Assembly (NCBI GenBank): GCA_964016885.1
Contig: OZ024762.1
Span: 15,252,001 to 15,316,000, forward strand
DNA: 64,000 nucleotides
Source: Eledone cirrhosa
Taxonomy: Eukaryota
Reading direction: 5' to 3'
The number at the start of each line of letters is the position of its first letter. The first letter of the stretch is position 1. A program made the translations under genes and the position numbers. Under the pieces are notes generated by a model. It saw nothing but the letters and a program-made list of their open reading frames with translations. It ran no database searches and had not been told where the DNA came from. Positions 40,312-51,836 of this stretch are shown here, in pieces.

Positions 40312-40952
40312 CAGTACTACAACACTACACCACACTATACCACAGTACTACACTACAAAATAGTACTACAACACCACTGTAACACTACAACCACCACCAT
40401 CAACACACCACTACAACCACAACCACCACCACCACCACCACCACTACAACCATCACCACACCACTTCAACCACCACCACCACACCACAACCACCACCACC
40501 ACACCACTACAACCACCACCACCACACCACTACAACCACCACCACCACCACCACTACAACCACCACCACCACACCACCCACACCACTACACCCCCCCCCC
40601 CCCCCCACAACCACCACACCACTACAACCACTACAACCACCACCATCAACACACCACTACAACCACAACCACCACCACCACACCACCTCAACCACCACCA
40701 CACCACTTCAACCACCACCACCACACCACAATCACCACCACCACTACAACCACCACCACCACACCACCACAACCACCCCACCACACCACTACAACCACCA
40801 CCACCACTACAACCACCACCACCACACCACCCACACCACTACAACCCCCCCCTCACCACCACCACCACCCCACTACAACCACCCCACCCCCACACCACTA
40901 CAACCACCACCACCACCCCACTACAACCACTACAACCACCACCACACCACTA
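40312..40952. repeat. (CCA/CTA/CAA) degenerate triplet tract
   Basis: caccaccactacaac runs. Confidence 0.95.
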
Positions 40953-40994
40953 GATCATATCCAAGTAAAGTTAAACAGAGAAAACTTAACTTAC

Positions 40995-41183
40995 AAAGAG
41001 AGCGCGTCCATTAGTGGGGCGGTCATGTGAGACATAGAGAGATGCACCTTTAGCTGAGGGCACGCCAGGGAGTAGCACTGGTACACGTACGTGTGTGGCA
41101 TTGCCTTGCTGGACATCATCTCGACTTAATATGGCCTTTGGTCTGACATTGATACCTCTCTCCTTTATGGTCAGATGTAGCAG
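40995..41183 (-). CDS. RCC1-repeat protein, internal exon D
   Basis: (tc)n-tgtAG|LLHLTIKERG..HVRVPVLLPGVPS..GRALF|GTAAGT; 189 nt, open and in phase, continues GQ-L from exon C. Confidence 0.75.
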
Positions 41184-41184
41184 C

Positions 41185-41228
<44 letters not shown>

Positions 41229-41391
41229 AAAAAAATATGGATATCATCATCATTTAACGTCTATCTTTCACGCTAGCATGGGTTGGACGGGTTTGTACCA
41301 CTTGAGGCAAGATTGGTCAGGTGACTGTGTTTCGCTCGTATAGGACTGTTTTTGGCAGGTTCTCTACGGCTGGATGCCCTTGCTAACACCA

Positions 41392-42797
41392 ACCACATTT
41401 ACAGTGTGGACTGGGAGCCTTTTTACTGTGTCTCCTACATGACCACTTTACAGTGTGAACTGGGAGCCTTTTTACTGTGTCTCCTACATGACCACTTTAC
41501 AGTGTGGACTGGGAGTCTTTTTACTGTGTCTCCTACATGACCACTTTACAGTGTGGACTGGGAGTCTTTTTACTGTGTCTCCTACATGACCACTTTACAG
41601 TGTGGACTGGGAGCCTTTTTACTGTGTCTCCTACATGACCACTTTACAGTGTGGACTGGGAGTCTTTTTACTGTGTCTCCTACATGACCACTTTACAGTG
41701 TGGACTGGGAGCCTTTTTACTGTGTCTCCTACATGACCACTTTACAGTGTGAACTGGGAGCCTTTTTACTGTGTCTCCTACATGACCACTTTACAGTGTG
41801 GACTGGGAGTCTTTTTACTGTGTCTCCTACATGACCACTTTACAGTGTGGACTGGGAGTCTTTTTACTGTGTCTCCTACATGACCACTTTACAGTGTGAA
41901 CTGGGAGCCTTTTTACTGTGTCTCCTACATGACCACTTTACAGTGTGGACTGGGAGTCTTTTTACTGTGTCTCCTACATGACCACTTTACAGTGTGAACT
42001 GGGAGCCTTTTTACTGTGTCTCCTACATGACCACTTTACAGTGTGAACTGGGAGCCTTTTTACTGTGTCTCCTACATGACCACTTTACAATGTGAACTGG
42101 GAGCCTTTTTACTGTCTCCTACATGACCACTTTACAGTATGGACTGGGAGCCTTTTTACTGTGTCTCCTACATGACCACTTTACAGTGTGGACTGGGAGC
42201 CTTTTTACTGTGTCTCCTACATGACCACTTTACAATATGGACTGGGAGCCTTTTTACTGTGTCTCCTACATGACCACTTTACAATGTGAACTGGGAGCCT
42301 TTTTACTGTGTCTCCTACATGACCACTTTACAGTGTGGACTGGGAGCCTTTTTACTGTGTCTCCTACATGACCACTTTACAGTGTGGACTGGGAGCCTTT
42401 TTACTGTGTCTCCTACATGACCACTTTACAGTGTGAACTGGGAGCCTTTTTACTGTGTCTCCTACATGACCACTTTACAGTGTGGACTGGGAGCCTTTTT
42501 ACTGTGTCTCCTACATGACCACTTTACAGTGTGGACTGGGAGCCTTTTTACTGTGTCTCCTACATGACCACTTTACAGTGTGAACTGGGAGCCTTTTTAC
42601 TGTGTCTCCTACATGACCACTTTACAGTGTGGACTGGGAGCCTTTTTACTGTGTCTCCTACATGACCACTTTACAGTGTGGACTGGGAGCCTTTTTACCG
42701 TGTCTCCTACATGACCACTTTACAGTGTGGACTGGGAGCCTTTTTACTATGTCTCCTACATGACCACTTTACAGTGTGGACTGGGAGACTTTTTACC
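41392..42797. repeat. 49-bp minisatellite, about 28-29 copies
   Basis: Unit accactttacagtgtggactgggagcctttttactgtgtctcctacatg. It grows out of an RTE-type 3' tail at ~41243-41430. Confidence 0.97.
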
Positions 42798-42852
42798 CTG
42801 TCCCCCAGTATTTGCGGAGGTTCTGTTAGTATATATAATGTTAGCAACTTAC

Positions 42853-42981
42853 CTGTCCTGTGTCATTACGTCCCCACCCCCAGACTTCACCGTCAGTGTT
42901 GAGGGCTACGTTAAAGTCAGACCCGCTGTAGATATGACAGATGTGGACATCACTGATGGCTGTCACCTGGGTGGGAAATGA
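42853..42981 (-). CDS. RCC1-repeat protein, internal exon C
   Basis: ttccacAG|SFPTQVTAISDVHICHIYSGSDFNVALNTDGEVWGWGRNDTGQ|GTAAGT; RCC1 repeat, 129 nt. Confidence 0.92.
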
Positions 42982-43872
42982 CTGTGGAAATAGAAGAGAT
43001 ACACACACATAACACACAGTGACAGACCTCATAGACATACAGACATACACAGATATAATGTTACTTCACTGAAGATACTCAGAAAATATCCCTTATAGCA
43101 ATATATATTCATCCGTACACATATATGTATAGAACTGTTATATGGATGTCGCGTAGATGAAACATGGGGTAAGGAGTAAATTTTGTTTTTGAATGTATTG
43201 CCTTCTCCTCCCTTTATTTTTGCTTATATTGAGCGCCGAAATATCTCTGATCTACGGTTTACAGCTGATGAAGGATCTATTATCTTGTTTCGTCCATACT
43301 ACCATCCTAAACTTTGTTTACAGTAACCACACAGCTCACTTCGTTTCTTGTAATTTTATATATATAAACTTTAATCTGTTATTTTAATAAATATTTGCTC
43401 TAGGGTTCTTATATATTTGATATATATTTATTCTTATCGAGCCCTCTTTGGATTTTAGTCTTCACATTTATTATTATTACTATATATATATATATGTGTG
43501 TGTGTGTTACGTAATTCCAAAGGAAAAAGGAGTGCTCTATGTATAGAACAGAGCTATTTAATTAGGAAGTGAACAACACAAAATATAACTACTCCATTAG
43601 CAAAGGTTTCTGGATCCCAGACGATAATAATATATGTCTGGATCGGTCGTCAGACAGAGATGTTATGGATAAAAGATATGAAATGAGATTTAAAATCTGT
43701 TCATATATATATAAATGTCTGTCTCTGTGTATGTCAGTGTGTCTGTGTGTATTAGTGTTAGTGTGTGTGTCTGTCTATGTGTCAGTGTGTGTGAATGCCC
43801 TTTTCACAAAATGTTACAAAACCAGGGCCAAGAAAGAGAACTTATAGAAGACAAGACACATTGACAACTTAC

Positions 43873-43980
43873 TATATTTTGGTAGGACACAAACCCCAAC
43901 TGTCCGTCTGTATTGCGACCCCAGGTATACACTACCCCGTCAGAAGTTAGCAGGACAAAATGGTAGCTTCCACAGCTCAC
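43873..43980 (-). CDS. RCC1-repeat protein, internal exon B
   Basis: tttcAG|[36 protein letters not shown]|GTAAGT; canonical RCC1 repeat, 108 nt. Confidence 0.92.
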
Positions 43981-44509
43981 CTGAAATCCATCAAAGAAAG
44001 AACGAAGATTAAACACACTTAGAAAACATAGAAATCAAAAATATAAAAACTAATTGTAATCACAGTTGATTGTTTTAATCTTCTGGAGGCTCCAGGCGCA
44101 TAAAGTCACAGAGTAGCCTCCCTTTAATACATAATGCAGTATCAAGGGAGACAATTCATAACAATTCCTAGCATACTAAAGATTAAATAATTATTATATC
44201 GAGATCTTTGGTGTTATGCAGTAATACAGAAGACACAACTTGCCATGCTCACAGACTAAAACATACCTAATAGGAACCTCTTCATCACTATACCCCCACC
44301 TGCCCACATCAACATTTCACTGTGAACAAAATATATCCAGCTGAGACTGTTAAGTGGTCATGTAGGTGTCATGACAAAAAGCACCCAGTCCATATTAACG
44401 CCATCAACACCACAAACAACATCCCCACCCTTATCCCTTCCCTCACTCCCCTCACCATCACCACCACAAATACCCCCCCCCCCAAACAGTATAATGTCAG
44501 CTGCCTTAC

Positions 44510-44686
44510 CTGAACTATCTTGCCAAGGACGTTGGATGTATCAACCAACAAGGGAGAGAGATAGTCATCACCAAAACCATCGGTAGCTTCCTGGCCAGGA
44601 GTACGTCGGCTCATTTGTGCAGCATAGCGGATGATATTCGGATGTATTCCCCAGCAGTAGACGCTGCTATCTTGGGTGACGGCAAC
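44510..44686 (-). CDS. RCC1-repeat protein (probable claret/GLO-4-like Rab GEF), internal exon A
   Basis: ctAG|VAVTQDSSVYCWGIHPNIIRYAAQMSRRTPGQEATDGFGDDYLSPLLVDTSNVLGKIVQ|GTAAG; 177 nt, phase 0-0. Confidence 0.85.
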
Positions 44687-44721
44687 CTAGGTGACAGACA
44701 GACATATAGAGAGATTTCTAG

Positions 44722-44778
44722 TTGTCTGATGAGGTCGTAGCTGCTGCTTAAAGGTTATTACCGAAATATATATAACAG
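44722..44778 (+). ncRNA. Candidate minimal type I hammerhead ribozyme (Penelope-type)
   Basis: Stem I TTGT/ACAG, core CTGATGA, stem II GGT..ACC (extendable with wobble pairs), GAA, palindromic stem III ATATATAT, cleavage triplet AUA. Confidence 0.55.
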
Positions 44779-44986
44779 TGAATATGAATAAACAAAGTTA
44801 ATTTGAACCTGTTGACTTACACTTCTTGTTTTTATATATATATGTGTGTGTGTGTGTCACCTTCCAATACTGACCGAGCTAAAGAAGTTGGTAGTGTGTG
44901 CAAGTGACTATATATATGTACGTGTATATGTATGTCCCCCTTCCAGTACTTACCGAGCTATGTGTATGTCTATATGTGTGTGCCTC

Positions 44987-46340
44987 ATCATCATCATCAT
45001 CATCATCATCACCGTTTTACGTCCGTTCTTCCACGCTAGCATGGGTTAGACGGGTTGTCCTGTTGTGGGCAGTGTCTGGTCAGCTGACCATGCCTTGCTC
45101 ATACAGTAACTGATTTGGCTTGATTTCTACAGCTGGATGCCCTTTCTAACACCAACCTCATTTACAGTGAGTGCTGGGTGCTTTTTCGTGGCGCCTACAC
45201 GTCCACTTTACAGTGTGGGCTGGGTGCTTTTTTGCGTGGCACCTCCACGACCACCTTGCGGTGGGGGGTGTGGGGGCATATTGTCTATATGCTTCAGCTT
45301 GTACCCATGGGAGGTTGGGTACTCTGTATTACTGCGTGACGCCAGAAGTCACGGTCGTGTGTCATTGTCTTTGAGAGGTGCAATTGGGTAAGGTCGGCTT
45401 TTATCACCTCATCCCAGGTCATCTTGGGTCTCCCCACTCCGCGGTTTCCATCAACTTCTAGTGCTCTGCACCTTTTTATGCAGCTGTCATCCTTCATACG
45501 CATCACATGTCCATACCAGCGCAACCGCCTCTCCTGCACACAGCATTTGATTCCTCTTATGCTCAGTCTCTCTCTCAATTCATTTATGCTTTGTCGTTCA
45601 CGTATATTACTGTTACACATCCATCGGAGCATGCAGGCTTCGTTTCTCTCTAATCTATGTAAGTCTTCCACCTTCAGCGCCCAGGTCTCACTACCATGCA
45701 ACATCGCTGTTCGGATACACACATCATACAGTCTGCCTTTCATTCTGAGGGAGAAGCCTTTTGCAGCTAGCAGTGGTAGTAGTTCCTTAAACTTCTTCCA
45801 TCCCGTTCTTATCCTAGTTATTGTACTTTCTGAACACCCACCTCCGCTGCTAATTCGGTCACCTAGGTAACAGAAGCTGTCTACTATTTCTACAGGGCCC
45901 TCCCAGAGATTGGTGGTACTTGTTTCCTGTGGCTGTTTGCTGCTTGCTGTCTCAGCACAGCTGCTGCATGTGATTCCTACATTATTAATTAAGCTTCCTG
46001 AGATCCCACTACATCTCTTGTTTACCCATTGTTTGCATTTGGGGCAGAGAATGGAGTTGCTACCTACACCTTTCCTACATACTAAGCTAGGCCAATTCCC
46101 TGAGGGGATCTGGGTTCTGTTTTCACGTCTACTTACAAGGACCTTAGTCTTTGTCATGTTGACTTTGAGACCCTTTCTTTCTAGTCCCTGCTTCCAAGTT
46201 TGGAATTTATTCTCTAGTTCTACCATAGATTCAGCTATGAGTGCGAAGTCATCAGCATACAGGAGTTCCCATGAGCATCCGGTTTTAAACTCCTCCGTTA
46301 TTGCCTGCAGGACTATGATGAACAGGAGAGGGCTAAGAAC
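44987..46340 (-). mobile_element. 5'-truncated RTE-clade LINE (part of RT, C-terminal domain, 3'UTR, (gat)n tail)
   Basis: 310-aa ORF 45294-46226, preceded by LLFIIVLQAI..ELLYADD. Contains GLKVN..KTK, FCYLG, LHGSETW and RLRWYGHV. Confidence 0.95.
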
Positions 46341-47362
46341 AGATGTAGCGGGATCTCAGGAAGCTTAATTAAGAATGTAGGATTCACATGCAGCAGCAGT
46401 GCTGCGACAGCAAGCAGCAAACAGCCACAGGAAACAAGTACCACCAATCTCTGGGAGGGCCCTGTAGAAACAGTAGACAGCTTCTGTTACCTAGGTGACT
46501 GAATTAGCAGCGGAGGTGGGTGTTCAGAAAGTACAATAACTAGGGTAAGAACGGGATGGAAGAAGTTTAGGGAACTACTACCACTGCTAGCTGCAAAAGG
46601 CTTCTCCCTCAGAATGAAAGGCAGACTGTATGATGCGTGTATCCGAACAGCGATGTTGCATGGTAGTGAGACCTGGGCGCTGAAGGTGGAAGACTTACGT
46701 AGATTAGAGAGAAACAAAGCCTGCATGCTCTGATGGATGTGTAACAGTAATATACGTGAACAACAAAGCATAAATAAATTGAGAGAGAGACTGAGCATAA
46801 GAGGAATCAAATGCTGTGTGCAGGAGAGGCGGTTGTGTTGGTATGGACATGTGATGCGTATGAAGGATGACAGCTGCATAAAAAGGTGCAGAGAACTAGA
46901 AGTTGATGGAAACCGCGGAGTGGGGAGACCCAAGAAGACTTGGGATGAGGTGATAAAAGCCGACCTTACCCAATTGCACCTCTCAAAGACAATGACACAC
47001 GACCGTGACTTCTGGCGTCACGCAGTAATACAGAGTACCCAACCTCCCATGGGTACAAGCTGAAACATATAGACAATATACCCCCACACCCCCCACCGCA
47101 AGGTGGTAGTGGAGGTGCCACGGCAAAAAAGCACCCAGCCCACACTGTAAAGTGGACGTGTAGGCGCCACGAAAAAGCACCCAGCACTCACTCTAAATGA
47201 GGTTGGTGTTAGGAAGGGCATCTAGCTGTAGAAATCAAGCCAAATCAGTTCCTGTATGAGCAAGGCATGGTCAGCCGACCAGACACTGCCCACAACAGGA
47301 CAACCCGTCTAACCCATGCTAGCGTGGAAGAACGGACGTAAAACGGTGATGATGATGATGAT
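46341..47362 (+). mobile_element. Second RTE LINE copy joined head-to-head to the first
   Basis: Reverse-complement homologue of ~45000-46016 with scattered substitutions and a stop codon. Confidence 0.95.
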
Positions 47363-47964
47363 ATATAACATGATCATCGCCGTTTTCCCAGCTAGCAAGG
47401 GTCGACGGTTCTATAGATCAAGTCAGTACTGTAGCGGGGTCTACTGATCTCCCAGACAAGCCAGGGTGCTTCGTCCTGCTTATGTACGGTCTCACGTTCT
47501 ATCGAATGCACAAGAAAGGTTGTCATGCCTTTGACACAACTGAAGGGTCCTCCCAACCCTTTATTCAGCAAGTTTTCTACGGCTAGATGCTCTTCCTATC
47601 ACCAACCACTTTACAGTGTGTACTGGGCGTATTTATCATGTGGATCACCAAACACTAGGTATTGCTGTTATGTCCTTGACACAACTAAAGAGTCCTTCTA
47701 ACCCTTTATTTGGCAAGCCCTCCATGGCTGGATGTCCTTCCCGTTACCAACCACTTCACAAGGGGACAGCAGCTAGGAATGTGTATGTAGTGAGGGTGGG
47801 GTAGTGATGTTGAGAATAGCTTTCAGTAAGTGCCAGTGGAAGGTAGGTAAGGTCACATTGTATGTTGCCAGTTAGGTTATCTTCAGCACCAGCCCTCGCA
47901 GTGTGTTAGTCATTTCTTTTGTGAGGTTCATGCTTGAGTGCGTGGGTTGGGTTGGCAAGGTGTG

Positions 47965-48150
47965 GAGGAAATGAAGAAGGCTGTGACAAGCGTCCTAGAT
48001 AACCTTCACTTTGGAGGATTACAAGGGGGCTCTTCCAGAAGTGGCTGGAGTGTATTGAAGTTGAAGGATTCTACTTTGAGTGAAACTAGAGTTCTGTGTT
48101 GATCTGAGTTAAATGAATGTCTCTGATAAAAGCCTCAAAACCTCTTGAGT
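47965..48150 (+). mobile_element. mariner-like transposase 3' remnant
   Basis: EEMKKAVTSVLD....ED..G.FQKWLE..CIEVEGFYFE resembles mariner C-termini. Confidence 0.55.
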
Positions 48151-48159
48151 GTCCTTTGT

Positions 48160-49010
48160 ATACTGAAAAGTTCATAGGCTGACCAATATACTCTCATGGA
48201 ATTTGACCAAATGAGGTTTACTTTTCAACATAGTCCCCCTTGTGGTCCACACACTTCTTCCAGTAGTGTTGCAGTGCTGGGATCCAATTAGCTTTCATCC
48301 TGTTGGTCAAAAAGTCATCAAAATCTGCTATAATGTCATCATTACTGCGACAAATGTTCTTTAATGTTGCAGAACAGATAATAGTCAGATGGGGCCAAAT
48401 CTGGAGAGTAGGAAGGGCGATCAACCAGTTCAAAGCCACAGTCATGCACAGCAGCCATTGAAACCAAGGACTTGTGTGGTGGAGCATTGTCCTGATGAAT
48501 CTTGACCCCTTCCATCAGTTTTCCTGGATATTTGGTCTTGATAGCCTTTCATAACTGCCTCAGCATGTTGGCATAATACTCTCCATTGATGGTGTGGCCC
48601 TTTTGAAGATAGTCAATAACTGATAGTCAATATCCCCAAAAACTGAAGCCATCACCTTCTCTGCAGATTAAACAGCCTTGGCCTTCTTTGGAGCAGGTGA
48701 GGGAGGATGTTTCTACTGCATGGATTGTCTCTTTGTCTCTGGCTTAAAGTGATGAACTCAACATTCTTTCTGGGTTAGGAAACCAGCTGGATCTGTGACT
48801 GCTGTGCTTTTGATCAGGTGTCAGAAGATGTGGCACCCTTCAAGCAGAAACTATCGTCATGCCAAGTTCATTGTGCAGAATACTCTAAACTCTCTCATGG
48901 GATATGTTAACAGCATTGACTATTTGATTTATAGTCAAGCTCTTGTCATCTTTAACCATGAGGTGAACACAATCAATGTTTTCCTCGGTGGTGCCAAATT
49001 TTGTCCACTT
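48160..49010 (-). mobile_element. Decayed Tc1/mariner transposon
   Basis: The minus strand gives HQDNAP.H, CGFELVD.PSYSPDLAPSDYYLF and WKKCVDHKGDYVEK, with frameshifts. Confidence 0.85.
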
Positions 49011-49294
49011 TCAAGAGAAGTCGCTACTAGTTATTTTTGAAGTTTTCTTTGAACAATCAGTTCACCTGGAAAGAAACAATGAAGTTATTAATAAGAAGAG
49101 TTGAAATTAATGCATGCAAGATTTTTAGCCACAGTTGTACATGTCTGGCAAGTGACTTGATCTGAGACTGTGTTGTGATGAATCTAAAGAAATAACAGGT
49201 CTGAACACAAAGGAACCAAACTTCCATTGTCACCGCCTCTGTCTCTCCCGCTCTCCCCATATCTCACTATTATGAGCAAATGGGGACCTACACA

Positions 49295-49460
49295 CTGGCT
49301 GCCAGAATAGTGAAGGTGTTTCCCAGGGGGATGGTGAGAAAGACTTGCTGGAAGAGCCATTACAGCTCGTGAGGTGCATACCTGTGGGTAGCCAACTCTG
49401 TGTCGATGGTGGTGAGTAGGGAGCTAGCCCTAGGGCCAAGGAGACCAGAAGTCTCCATGT
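49295..49460 (-). mobile_element. CRE-like retrotransposon C-terminal remnant
   Basis: METSGLLGPRASSLL....HEL*WLFQQV..TI..GN resembles the ET.G..G.....E...L.QR.S.A..RGN tail. Confidence 0.55.
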
Positions 49461-50617
49461 TTTGTAAATCATATTTTTACTGTTTAGCCCCAGGTCAGTC
49501 TTAATGAAGAAGACCTATGATCATAAGAGTTCCCGTTTAAACTACTGTTTTTCAGATGCTGTATCAAAGATTTTACTATCTACTGTCATCATCATCATCA
49601 CCATTTCATATCCGTTTTTCTACATTAGCATGGGTTAGACAAGTTGTCCCATTGCGAGTTAAGTCAGGTCAGGTGACCATGTCTTGCTCATACAGAACTG
49701 TTTCTAGCTTGGTTTATATGGCTGGATGACCTTCCTAACATCCTAACATCAACCACATTTCCAGTGCGGAATAGGTGCTTTTTATTGAGTCTTAATGCCC
49801 CCCCCCCCCCCCCCCAACATATTGTAGGATGTGATTTGAGAAAGATTTAGCTATGATTTCCATCGAGTCAAACAACTGTAGAAATGTTTACTCATTAGTT
49901 CAATCTGGAGAATTAAGTCAAAACATTTACTGTGTACATATTTGATGTGTAAGTTTAGTACAGACAAATGGAAGGAGTCAGTGAAGACAAGTAAATAAAT
50001 ACCAGAAACATTACCTGTGTGAGAGAGAGAAGATCTTGATTGGAGGTGTAATACCAACCATAAACAAGATCTAATAACTGGAGGCTATGAAAAGATTCGA
50101 TAACAGAAATATGAAGTATTGTTTCTACATTTGGCACAAGGCCAGCAATTATCCCAGTGCATTACTGGTACTTTATTTTATCAACCCCGTAAGGATGAAA
50201 GGCAAAGGTAACCGTGGCGAGATTTGAACTCAGATCATAAAGGGGTGTAACTCTGTGCTGCAAAGCATAGCGTCCGACCCTCTACCGATACTGCCAATCG
50301 AGTCTGCGGAAGAGAAGATTTTATTAATAAAACCTACCAAGATTCTATATCTACAATACAACATGAAGAACATAATAGTACCACTGATGATGTTGCAGAT
50401 GTGATACGAAAGAACTTTGTTAGACTATATATATGTGTTTATATCTATATTATATCTGTATTTTTGACCGTTGGTCAGTCAATGGAAAACATTGAGGTCC
50501 GAATGAATTAACTGTGGAGATATAAAAGATACAGAAGCGGAAACCAACCAAACAGTGAGTGTGTTCTGTTATTATTTCTGGCAATATTATTACAACAATA
50601 TGACCCTCTCCAAGTAT

Positions 50618-50671
<54 letters not shown>

Positions 50672-50866
50672 CATTAAAGTTTAAGCAAAGAATCGGTGCT
50701 TTCATCTTTAACGGGATCTTCTGAAACATTATATATATATATTAAATGTACATTAACAAACAAAAGATGACCTCAGCTGGATTCGAAACTAGAAACTAAT
50801 TAGGCAGGCCATAACGAAATACCGTAACGTCTCTGTCAACCGACAACCATTATTAAGTAAATATTT

Positions 50867-51053
50867 GGCGGTGGATTGGCAGTATCGGTAGAGGTTCGGA
50901 CGCCATGCTTTGACGCATAGAGTTACGGCCCTTGCCATTCTGAGTTCAAATCTCGCCGAGGTTAACTTTGCCTTTCATCCTTACGGGGTTGATAAAATAA
51001 AGTACCAGTAATGTACTGGGTAATTTTCTGGCCTTGTGCCAATAGTAGAAACA
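50867..51053 (+). mobile_element. Full-length tRNA-derived SINE with Nin-like domain (other copies: 50117-50300 -, 52690-52852 -, 55737-55925 +, 56308-56437 -, three in tandem 62378-63010 +)
   Basis: A box tggcagtatcgg, B box gagttcaaatc, body tttgcctttcatccttacggggtcgataaaataaagtaccag. 18-bp TSD attattaagtaaatattt at 50849-50866 and 51054-51071. Confidence 0.9.
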
Positions 51054-51261
51054 ATTATTAAGTAAATATTTATAATAAAAGGCGTTACAACCACGACCAT
51101 CTCGTCATTCTTTTTATCCAATTAGTGTATGTAGGAAATTAATTATTTAGTCTATAACTGTCTCCAACCGTATTTTTCTTTTTTTAGAACGTAAAACTAC
51201 AAAACACGATTGACATAAGTTTGTATCATATCGTAAACAAATTTTTCAGAATAGAAATTAC

Positions 51262-51313
51262 CTCGTCCCGCTCCAGTAACAAGAGCTTTCAGACCAAGGA
51301 AAGTTATTTCCAT
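51262..51313 (-). CDS. DCXR: L-xylulose reductase (SDR family), coding exon 1
   Basis: MEITFLGLKALVTGAGR-G|GTAATT: SDR TGxxxG start. 52 coding nt with a phase-1 intron, as I recall for human DCXR (MELFLAGRRVLVTGAGKG). Downstream exons were not found in the window. Confidence 0.75.
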
Positions 51314-51440
51314 TTCGCTGTTTTCAATTGGGCATATACCAACCATTGTCGATGGATTTTTAGCTAAAAGGTAAAGAATCTTCGATCGAAACGGCCAATT
51401 CATCAAGGTGTATTATTTTGCTGTTACACCGCCGGACAAC
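51314..51440. promoter_or_regulatory. Compact bidirectional promoter and 5'UTRs between DCXR and PXMP4
   Basis: 127 bp between divergent ATGs, relatively CpG-rich, contains a ggccaatt CCAAT box. Confidence 0.7.
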
Positions 51441-51535
51441 ATGGCTTCAGCCCTGGTTCTTATTAACGCAATTCTTTCTAATGAGAAATACAAACCCTTT
51501 CTTTCCCTAATTAAATCATTCAGGAATGGTGTAGT
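51441..51535 (+). CDS. PXMP4: Peroxisomal membrane protein 4, coding exon 1
   Basis: aacATGG Kozak context. MASALVLINAILSNEKYKPFLSLIKSFRNGV-V|GTAAGT aligns with human ..VVNALLRKRRYHAALAVLKGFRNGAV; phase 2. Confidence 0.9.
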
Positions 51536-51639
51536 GTAAGTGAGCCGTCTTTCATAATATATCTCGTTTTTTTTTCTCGTATTATTGACAACAGATCTCG
51601 AAATATGAAAAATGATCATTTCGCAAGCACCGCTCGTAT

Positions 51640-51723
51640 ATAAATGTCAATACAAACACACATATATATATATACACCGGCACACACACACATATATATG
51701 TATATACATACATATATAAAGTG

Positions 51724-51788
<65 letters not shown>

Positions 51789-51793
51789 GTGGC

Positions 51794-51836
<43 letters not shown>

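Noticed and set aside
38701-40953. Long His/Thr/Pro-rich ORFs (288, 248 and 237 aa)
   Set aside because: They are translations of stop-poor triplet repeats; only the spliced exons have support.
41392-42797. Regular short repeats resembling a CRISPR array
   Set aside because: The repeats are contiguous with no unique spacers, the context is a eukaryotic intron, and there are no cas genes.
43595-43640. Further hammerhead-like motifs (minus strand here, at ~53950-53997, and at 50690-50727 / 57770-57807)
   Set aside because: The core is incomplete (no stem III or UH site, GATAC for GAAAC, or CAGAAGA for CTGANGA); treated as dead relics.
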